This document shows, piece after piece, positions 57,917-64,000 of a stretch of 64,000 nt of DNA. The DNA is taken from positions 1-64,000 of IMG/VR virus record IMGVR_UViG_3300033146_004128; one strand, written 5' to 3'. The first letter of the stretch is position 1. The number at the start of each line of letters is the position of its first letter. Made by a program: the position numbers and the translations under genes. The notes beneath the pieces were generated by a model that was not told the origin of the DNA, did no database searches, and saw only the letters and a list, made by a program, of their open reading frames with translations. The DNA is from a virus.

Positions 57917-58903
57917 TTATATCTGGATTGAAGTTTTTTGAACGCCGGTAACTTTTCTATATATGTGCTCAGCGAGCATCTCTGCCTGCTCTTGCGTTAT
58001 GAACGCATCTTCTCCGTTGTAGTATGATGAAGCCCCAGAAGATTCATAGAACGTATCTACTTTTTCAATTAGTTCGGCGTCAGTAAATAGTGAAGCCAGA
58101 TGTATCTCTACCTCATCACCATTCTTCTTTATGTCAAGCTCACTAAATTTATTCATAGTAAATATATTCGTATCTTTCTCTACTTCTTCTGGCACAACAG
58201 CATTGTCAGAGATGAGCCCATCTTCACGAACAGAGTTTGATAGTATAGACTCTCTACTTTCAAGAGCTGATGCAAAAGATATAACAGGTGACGATATTCC
58301 ACCGTTCATCCTGACATTGTCAAGCCTTAAAGAAGAAGAGTCTCTCTCCTTGCTTATGGATCCTGACTGCAGAGAGATAGATACATCCCAATCTGCAGAG
58401 TCTATACCTATTGTCTCTCCATTCTTGTAGAACTCCTGATCATATATTCTTATTGGGAATACAGTATTATCGTCATCATTGCTGTAGTCAAATGAAAGAC
58501 CAGGGTCGTAAGAAAGTGTTGGCGATTCAATGCTTCCATCTTTCATGATAGATATCTCAGAGAGAATCTCTTTTGTCATTATGGACGTGTCTTTTATCTG
58601 GTCTATAGGCATCATGATTACTGACCCAGGTATCCCATCGGAAGCCTTATAGAAGAATGTTGTCATGTCTGATTCATTATATGCGAAGAAGTCACTAGCA
58701 TTATACCCTTTGAGAACTATAGTAGGTGCCTCTATGCTTGTAGTTGCTGCAACAGCCATTCTTACTGATCCATAATAGTCATAAGATCTAAGGAAGTCAA
58801 ATGCCAAGTCAGCTCCAGTGTTAGCTGTGTTCACAAGTGTCTGTGAATACTTAAGTGCAGATATGAAACTATTCATATCCTCTATCGTTAATTGTGTGCT
58901 CAT
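57917..58903 (-). CDS. hypothetical acidic protein (possibly virion-associated)
   Basis: 328 aa, AGGAG RBS. Confidence 0.75.
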   Translation of the reverse strand: MSTQLTIEDMNSFISALKYSQTLVNTANTGADLAFDFLRSYDYYGSVRMAVAATTSIEAPTIVLKGYNASDFFAYNESDMTTFFYKASDGIPGSVIMMPIDQIKDTSIMTKEILSEISIMKDGSIESPTLSYDPGLSFDYSNDDDNTVFPIRIYDQEFYKNGETIGIDSADWDVSISLQSGSISKERDSSSLRLDNVRMNGGISSPVISFASALESRESILSNSVREDGLISDNAVVPEEVEKDTNIFTMNKFSELDIKKNGDEVEIHLASLFTDAELIEKVDTFYESSGASSYYNGEDAFITQEQAEMLAEHIYRKVTGVQKTSIQI

Positions 58904-58915
58904 GTTAAACTCCTA

Positions 58916-59788
58916 TTATACATATAGACCAGGCTCACCGAATGTCTTATGTACATCATTCTTGAATTCTGATACTCTCTTTTTTCTCTTATCTATAAAT
59001 CTATCTATACCATAGTATGTACCTGCAGCAGTAATTCCAAGTCCAACTATTCTATTCTTCGCCTTCGAGCTTTCTCTAGCTTCAGATATCTTCTTGCCCG
59101 TCTTCTTGACACTCTTTACTATTTTAGCAACTGATGCTTTTTTCTCTAGCATGTCTTTCTTCTTTCGTGTCTGCATTATATATTGAGCAGGCTCTATGGC
59201 ACTAAGTCCAAGCATGCCTGCAGCGAGAAGACCTGATCCAAATCTCTTTGTCTTGAATAGATTTCCGATATTGCTAAACTCTCTACCTGTAGCAGTAAGA
59301 ACCTTCTTGGGTGATAGTATGTTCTTAACCATCTGCTTTGTTCCTATCTTCCCAGACTGTTTCATTTGATGCATTGTATTAAGAAATGCACCGGTTCCTA
59401 TTGTTCCAGACGCCACAGCAGGAGCAGCTATTGATGCGAAGTGACCAGCATTAAACTTCTTGTCGTTTCCATACTTATCACTTGCCTTTCCAACAAGATG
59501 CTCAGCCGGTAAAGTTACTGCTGTCCCTGCAGCGGCACCAAGAGCAGTATTTCTGAGCATCCTGCCACCTGACGCTAGCATACCTATTCCTTTTGCTCTG
59601 CCTTTCCATACTGGTATTGCATTGAATAAGGCTGTAGCACCTGCTGACCATCCAGCTGCTTCAAGTAAGCTTGGGGATTCTTGTTTCTTCTTTTGCTTCT
59701 GTAGGACGTCAGGAACTCTTCTAACTGCTTCTTCTGGTAGACTCTCAAGGACTTGTTGTCCTCCGGGCTTATTCGATATATTTGCCAT
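58916..59788 (-). CDS. basic Gly/Ala-rich protein with amphipathic segments (possible internal virion/ejection protein)
   Basis: GAAAG and glycine-zipper-like stretches, Lys-rich; GAGG RBS. Confidence 0.55.
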   Translation of the reverse strand: MANISNKPGGQQVLESLPEEAVRRVPDVLQKQKKKQESPSLLEAAGWSAGATALFNAIPVWKGRAKGIGMLASGGRMLRNTALGAAAGTAVTLPAEHLVGKASDKYGNDKKFNAGHFASIAAPAVASGTIGTGAFLNTMHQMKQSGKIGTKQMVKNILSPKKVLTATGREFSNIGNLFKTKRFGSGLLAAGMLGLSAIEPAQYIMQTRKKKDMLEKKASVAKIVKSVKKTGKKISEARESSKAKNRIVGLGITAAGTYYGIDRFIDKRKKRVSEFKNDVHKTFGEPGLYV

Positions 59789-59796
59789 GAATACCT

Positions 59797-60405
59797 CTAG
59801 TAATTTATTTTATCTATGATTATACCATATCTTTTAAGACAAGACGAGGGGTCTTGTCTGCACTCTGGGTCAGTGCTTATCTTCCAGTGTAGGAATTCTG
59901 ATATAAATATGAACCCTCTATCACTTGCATCCTTGTCAATACTTGACCATTCTCTATGGAACTTTGATCCCTCAACTATGGGATTTTTTATGTGATGCCA
60001 TAGTGTTAATGCACCTGCAATGTTTGATGACTTCACAAAGCCAAGTCCTTCCATACCTACGATTCTCTTAAGCTCATTGGCACACCATTGCTTCTGTGCT
60101 AATCCTAGGAACATCTGCTTTCCAACAAGTCTTCTGTCCATACTCAGAACAAAGTCTCTATCATCCTTTCGGATAGACCCTATTCTCAATATGCGCTCAA
60201 GCCTATCAATGTCACCCATGTCAAACCCATTATCTCTAAGCCATATCTTAGACATAATGTCTGACGTACTCCATCCTGCAGGTCCAAAAATTACATCAGC
60301 TCCACCCTTCTTCTCTATCCTGAATGAGAATGGATGTGGATCTGACTTCCTAATGCATGTCAATGCTGCCATCGATGTTGTATATACATTTTGTATGGAG
60401 AACAA
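59797..60405 (-). CDS. hypothetical protein
   Basis: 202-aa ORF in the - strand run. Confidence 0.7.
   Translation of the reverse strand: MFSIQNVYTTSMAALTCIRKSDPHPFSFRIEKKGGADVIFGPAGWSTSDIMSKIWLRDNGFDMGDIDRLERILRIGSIRKDDRDFVLSMDRRLVGKQMFLGLAQKQWCANELKRIVGMEGLGFVKSSNIAGALTLWHHIKNPIVEGSKFHREWSSIDKDASDRGFIFISEFLHWKISTDPECRQDPSSCLKRYGIIIDKINY
59819..59830 (-). promoter_or_regulatory. promoter motif ATATGGTATAAT
   Basis: Extended -10, 31 nt upstream of ATG59788. Confidence 0.65.
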
Positions 60406-60430
60406 TTTTCGTCCCTGTTGAATTAAATAG

Positions 60431-60715
60431 TTATTTTTGGCACGGGAATGTGCCTAGTATGTTTTGACCAAGAACGACATCGAATGTACAACCATTGTCT
60501 TTGACGTCTTCTTCTATTGCCATATTGTATAGTACGATATCTCCTACTGATACAGGTATGCTTGGGCTATCGCCTACTGCGATTACCTCTCCTCTTGCTG
60601 GATATTTCTCTGTTCTTACTGTCTCTACTATGATTCCAGTTGAACTCATTTGTGGCTCAGGGATATGCTGTACAGCGACGATGTCCGGTCCGGGTATGAA
60701 GTTTATAGTACTCAT
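60431..60715 (-). CDS. groES: GroES-like co-chaperonin (cpn10)
   Basis: FIPGPDIV...STGIIV...GEVIAVG...VSVGDIVLY...NILG. Confidence 0.85.
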   Translation of the reverse strand: MSTINFIPGPDIVAVQHIPEPQMSSTGIIVETVRTEKYPARGEVIAVGDSPSIPVSVGDIVLYNMAIEEDVKDNGCTFDVVLGQNILGTFPCQK

Positions 60716-60744
60716 TTGGTATTCCTCTCTTTAGTGTGATGTGT

Positions 60745-60756
60745 AGTATACCATAT
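60745..60756 (-). promoter_or_regulatory. promoter motif ATATGGTATACT
   Basis: Upstream of groES. Confidence 0.65.
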
Positions 60757-60774
60757 TGTAACATTAGATAAAGC

Positions 60775-60963
60775 TTATTGACTATCTATAGGACTTACAA
60801 TGTCAAGAATAATTAAGACTACCGCACTCACAAGAACGATTGGCCATGCAATAGCGAGAGCCATAGCATTGACAGTAGGCATCTTTCTTCCGGACAGTAC
60901 AAGAATTACTAGAGTGACAAGCGATAAGCTTATAGAAAATCCCCAGAACTCACACCATGCCAT
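60775..60963 (-). CDS. small two-TM membrane protein
   Basis: Hydrophobic, AGGAG RBS. Confidence 0.7.
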   Translation of the reverse strand: MAWCEFWGFSISLSLVTLVILVLSGRKMPTVNAMALAIAWPIVLVSAVVLIILDIVSPIDSQ

Positions 60964-60983
60964 AATATCTCCTAATTTTTAGA

Positions 60984-60995
60984 ATTATACCATAT
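60984..60995 (-). promoter_or_regulatory. promoter motif ATATGGTATAAT
   Basis: Upstream of the membrane-protein gene. Confidence 0.65.
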
Positions 60996-61021
60996 TAAAT
61001 ATGATAAGGAAATATTTAATT

Positions 61022-61030
61022 TGGTATAAT
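61022..61030 (+). promoter_or_regulatory. extended -10 promoter TGGTATAAT
   Basis: Divergent partner, upstream of ATG61055. Confidence 0.65.
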
Positions 61031-61054
61031 ATTATCAATCAATCAAGGAATCAT

Positions 61055-61324
61055 ATGTATAAATTCATCGCATGCTTCGTAGCAATAGATAAAGATAGTA
61101 AGATAAAATATGTGTCTCATGAACTTACAGGAGCGAGATACCCTAAGAATAATACAGAAGACATAGTTGGCATGTGTAGAGCTATACAGTCATTCTCTAA
61201 CCTTGACTTAGAGTATGTTGATGTCTTCCATCTTATAGATCCTGCAGGAAGAACAATATGGGAAGAGGGCACCCTTGAAGGAGAGAGAGATGATCTAAGT
61301 ATAGTGCCAGTAGACTACTCTTGA
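61055..61324 (+). CDS. hypothetical protein
   Basis: AAGGA RBS before ATG61055. Confidence 0.7.
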   Translation: MYKFIACFVAIDKDSKIKYVSHELTGARYPKNNTEDIVGMCRAIQSFSNLDLEYVDVFHLIDPAGRTIWEEGTLEGERDDLSIVPVDYS

Positions 61325-61350
61325 CTATTGTGTGCTAAATGAGGTATTAT
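61321..61350 (+). promoter_or_regulatory. sigma70-type promoter TTGACT-N18-TATTAT
   Basis: Points into a non-coding structured region. Confidence 0.5.
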
Positions 61351-61354
61351 TACA

Positions 61355-61522
61355 GTGCGTGAAAACACGCCACCTTCACAGGTGTGAGCACTAGCTCAAC
61401 ATGCACGGCAATCTTTCCCCTCAAAGTTTTGTCTTAGCATTTCTATCCTTTCATAGCTACACGTTGTATGCCTAGCCGGTGAGGTGGTCCGGACCTTGCC
61501 TGCCAGGTTACGTGTAGCTCCT
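61355..61522. ncRNA. candidate structured RNA (about 165 nt), strand uncertain
   Basis: GCGTG-aaaa-CACGC hairpin; 10-bp stem 61455-61464/61510-61519 enclosing two short hairpins. Confidence 0.4.
61396..61440 (-). CDS. putative 14-aa peptide MLRQNFEGKDCRAC
   Basis: AAAGGA RBS at good spacing. Confidence 0.3.
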   Translation of the reverse strand: MLRQNFEGKDCRAC

Positions 61523-62146
61523 AGACAATGACTCAAGTTCACTCACAAGATCATCTAACTTTACAAGATTCTCTTCTATCTCCCTATCAATATCAACAGC
61601 CCTCTTAACTATGTCTATGTCAAGTATAGAGTCAGGCACTTTGATCTCACCAAGAAACTTCTTATCAATGGCATGCAGCCTCTTTCTCTTTCCCAGCTCT
61701 TTCGCTACCTCTCGTACAACTGTATCACTCTGCAACCACAGAGATAGACTCACAGCTATATTGAACGTAGGACATCGCAGGTATAACATATGTCTTCCGG
61801 CAATAGTAGGTATGTCATCAAAGGGTATAAACCTATAAGCTCCAATATACTTATCAAGTCTTGGTATCACAATACAGTTCTCATCAAGAGCATGTATGTT
61901 CATAATAGCAGTAGAGTATTTCTCGTTAGGTATTTCAAGAGTACTTCTGAAGCTCTCATTGGGTCTACGATTGTCTTCAAGCACACGCACTTTTCCTATC
62001 TTAAACTCACCTCTTCTTTGTGCGAATTTCCTCTGTACATTGTGTACTGTTATACCATGCTCTGCCATGAACAATTCGAGGTCAATAAGCTCTATGCCTC
62101 TCTGGTAAAACTCTCTTCTTATATCACTGTACGGTATGTTACTCAT
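61508..62146 (-). CDS. single-TRD HsdS-like (type I R-M specificity) protein
   Basis: CIVIPR...IGAYRFI, HMLYLR, LWLQS, IDKKFLGEIKVP, then the IVKRAVDIDREIEEN...L helix pattern of HsdS. Confidence 0.55.
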   Translation of the reverse strand: MSNIPYSDIRREFYQRGIELIDLELFMAEHGITVHNVQRKFAQRRGEFKIGKVRVLEDNRRPNESFRSTLEIPNEKYSTAIMNIHALDENCIVIPRLDKYIGAYRFIPFDDIPTIAGRHMLYLRCPTFNIAVSLSLWLQSDTVVREVAKELGKRKRLHAIDKKFLGEIKVPDSILDIDIVKRAVDIDREIEENLVKLDDLVSELESLSRSYT

Positions 62147-62164
62147 ATCATGTCCTTTCATAAA

Positions 62165-62220
62165 ATACCAGCCTAGGTATTTACAAAAGTATTATATCAT
62201 AAAAATACCAGGCTAGGTAT
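62165..62220. promoter_or_regulatory. two ATACC-N6-GGTAT operator-like sites flanking a - strand TGATATAAT promoter
   Basis: ATACCAGCCTAGGTAT (62165-62180) and ATACCAGGCTAGGTAT (62205-62220); -10 at 62191-62199. Confidence 0.75.
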
Positions 62221-62359
62221 CACGTCGTAGGTATATAAAAAAGTGCTCGTACACCCCTAGTCACAACACAATACTTAACCACAGTCCCATATAAGAGAAG
62301 AGACCCAAGTAATAACATAGAGAACATAGAAGAGAGATAAGAGATATTAGTAACGGAGT

Positions 62360-62770
62360 AGATTCGTTCTTCGGACTGATGCTGAATGAAACGTTTGCTT
62401 AGTCTGTGTGCTTTGGGATGAGGTGGGGAGGAAGTCTGCCTCATCCAAAAACACATAGACGACTGCCCTCACGTGAGTGGGCGTTCACGTGCCACCAGGA
62501 TGGTAGCATAGGCTTGCCGATGGATCAAATGAAACCTTTGTGGGCTCTCACCGTCCGTAGTGGTATTATAGCGTGATAGTTCTTAGTCTGCAATAGTTCT
62601 ATTTTGGAATGTACGAGAGGAGGGGCTCAGCGTTAACCGAGCCCATATGAAGTAAAAATGTCAATCAGGTCATAGGGTACTAGTCGGACCTGATGTCTTA
62701 AAAAAGGATGAAAAGTGATTAACATCACGTTTGCGAAGAGCTTTTTACTCTTGCATCAGCATTATATACG
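62360..62770 (+). ncRNA. candidate large structured ncRNA (about 400 nt)
   Basis: No credible CDS; cUUCGg loop, a long G-U-containing hairpin, nested long-range stems. Confidence 0.45.
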
Positions 62771-62805
62771 AGTAAACCTTAAAGTATTATGAGCGGTGTG
62801 ATTTT

Positions 62806-62954
62806 TGAGTATGCCTATCGTAGGGATAAAAATGGCATGTTGCCCCATAGTGGAATACACTAGTCGGAGCACATGCTTGTAAAAGGAGGTAGGATCTTTC
62901 TTGCGATAGCAGTACAGCATATCTTTCTGGCTATCATGAGTATGCCTATCGTAG
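62806..62954. repeat. 18-bp direct repeat TGAGTATGCCTATCGTAG (62806-62823 and 62937-62954)
   Basis: Exact copies 131 bp apart. Confidence 0.85.
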
Positions 62955-63033
62955 TGAATGATACTATCAGTACGAAAGAGAATATAGCAATACTAGAGGA
63001 TAGTATCACTGTGTACATAGAGTCTTTTATCAT
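62860..63033 (-). CDS. small membrane protein (57 aa)
   Basis: MIKDSMYTVILSSSIAIFSFVLIV...; ATGA-coupled to the upstream - strand gene. Confidence 0.55.
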   Translation of the reverse strand: MIKDSMYTVILSSSIAIFSFVLIVSFTTIGILMIARKICCTAIARKILPPFTSMCSD

Positions 63034-63257
63034 ATCTTCTTCTTCCTTACGCCTTTGGTTCCCATTCTTGGAGCACGGTACGGTCTCTTAACAGACTTCA
63101 TGTAGCGAACGCTCTTTGCTTGAGGTTTTCTCTGGTACTCGGAGTAGCTCATCGCCTCCTTGTCCGCATCTATGTTGTTTTCTGGGGATACCTCTTCAGG
63201 TGTCCTTCCTGATAGTTTCTTGCCAGCAACATTTTTCTTCTTGCTACACTTTTTCAT
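63030..63257 (-). CDS. small basic protein
   Basis: AAAGGA RBS and TGTTATAAT promoter at 63285-63293. Confidence 0.7.
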   Translation of the reverse strand: MKKCSKKKNVAGKKLSGRTPEEVSPENNIDADKEAMSYSEYQRKPQAKSVRYMKSVKRPYRAPRMGTKGVRKKKI

Positions 63258-63320
63258 CTCTATCCTTTTGTATAATATTTACGTATTATAACAAAGAAGA
63301 ATCTAAAAAGCTACAGTTTC

Positions 63321-63332
63321 ATATGGTATACT
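63321..63332 (+). promoter_or_regulatory. promoter motif ATATGGTATACT
   Basis: Same 12-mer as at groES; upstream of ATG63363. Confidence 0.65.
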
Positions 63333-63362
63333 TCTTGGAAGCGTATATATAGAGGAGTGGAA

Positions 63363-64000
63363 ATGAATAAAGATCCAAGAACGTTGAAAGATCTAGTAGA
63401 CAATGCAAATGAGGGCTACTCAATGTCTGTGTTTGGTGAGACAAAGTTCTCTGAAGATGACATCTATAGAGTAAAAGCTGGTGGGTTCAAAAAGACGAAA
63501 GAGAATGTGTATAAGTGGTGGGCGAACGGAAGTTGGATTCTTGCCAGCAAGGCAATGAAAAGAATATCTGAACTGTTCATTATAGATGGCGCTGGGTTTA
63601 AAGCTGTAACAGGCGAGACTCTCACGGCTGAGATAGCGAGACGGAGTAGGATACCGCAACCTTCTGCAGTAGCATCGGCTAGATACAATAGTACAAAGTG
63701 GACCAAGGGTGTAGCAGCAGAGTTTCGTAACGAAGTCAAAGTGTACAAGCAAGTGAGCAAGAAGAATCATGCACAGGTATTGTACGAGAAGTTATCTAAT
63801 ATGATAGAGGATACATACCAAGCACCTATGATAGTGCCTGAGTTCACAACTGGTACAATCTCATCAATATGTGATCTCATAGCAGTCAATGATAAAGACA
63901 TAGAAGCATTTGAGATAAAGAGTAAGGCAGACACACTTAAGAGACTAAGGAAGCAAGTGTCTGACTATAAGATATATGCAGATAAAGTGTGGGTTGTAAT
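63363..64000 (+). CDS. sce7726-family PD-(D/E)xK nuclease-like protein, 3'-truncated
   Basis: Open to the window end: ICDLIAVN...AFEIKSKADTLKRLRKQVSDYKIYADKVWVV; not in the ORF track. Confidence 0.7.
   Translation, partial: MNKDPRTLKDLVDNANEGYSMSVFGETKFSEDDIYRVKAGGFKKTKENVYKWWANGSWILASKAMKRISELFIIDGAGFKAVTGETLTAEIARRSRIPQPSAVASARYNSTKWTKGVAAEFRNEVKVYKQVSKKNHAQVLYEKLSNMIEDTYQAPMIVPEFTTGTISSICDLIAVNDKDIEAFEIKSKADTLKRLRKQVSDYKIYADKVWVV

Noticed and set aside
61484-61505. SRP RNA-like AGGTCCGGA on the - strand
   Set aside because: The required AGGAAGCAG continuation is absent
62425-62445. RNase P RNA-like GAGGAAGTC
   Set aside because: It lies inside a simple hairpin, and no matching 3' P4 strand (ACAGAA..CGGCUUA) was found
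62374-62715. Hammerhead ribozyme cores (CTGATG at 62376 and 62690 followed by GAAA)
   Set aside because: The conserved A9 of CUGANGA is missing in both and the stem geometry does not fit
62806-62954. CRISPR mini-array
   Set aside because: Only two 18-bp copies with 113 bp between them, no palindrome and no cas genes
62873-63091. + strand 72-aa ORF
   Set aside because: The - strand ORF 62860-63033 is ATGA-coupled to an upstream gene with promoter and RBS and is the better call
1-64000. tRNA or tmRNA genes
   Set aside because: No GGTTCRA(A/N)TCC T-arm in a cloverleaf context was found by eye; tRNAscan/ARAGORN would be decisive
1-64000. Stop-codon reassignment (TAG or TGA recoding, as in some large phages)
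   Set aside because: Conserved genes are intact under code 11, all three stops end genes at coupled junctions, and coding density is already very high
1-64000. Integrase, transposase or IS element
   Set aside because: No recombinase or DDE motifs and no terminal inverted repeats were recognised

Overview
This looks like a 64-kb segment of a large AT-rich dsDNA phage genome. The host is probably a Campylobacterota (Epsilonproteobacteria) bacterium, inferred from the SSB, NrdA, NrdB, ThyX and dimeric dUTPase sequence types and from TGnTATAAT promoters lacking a -35 box. About 1-11 kb is a replication and nucleotide-metabolism module (DnaB, an inverted HU, NrdA with two ATP cones, NrdB, DnaG, ThyX). 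About 11-57.9 kb is an unbroken + strand run of roughly 110 tightly coupled, mostly small and acidic ORFs. It contains a TGT/DpdA-like protein, a C5 cytosine methyltransferase, an SMC/Rad50-like ATPase, dUTPase, GNAT, a PAPS-reductase-like protein, a Lar-like protein, SSB and recurrent paralogous modules. After a GAAA-tetraloop terminator at ~57.9 kb the strand switches to a mixed region with possible virion proteins, GroES and a single-TRD HsdS-like gene whose promoter is flanked by two interrupted palindromes. That region also has two candidate structured RNAs and a truncated sce7726-like PD-(D/E)xK protein. I saw no tRNA, rRNA, CRISPR array, integrase or capsid/terminase gene. All family calls come from motif recognition by eye and no database search was run. 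Starts were adjusted from the ORF track where an RBS or translational coupling indicated a better one.
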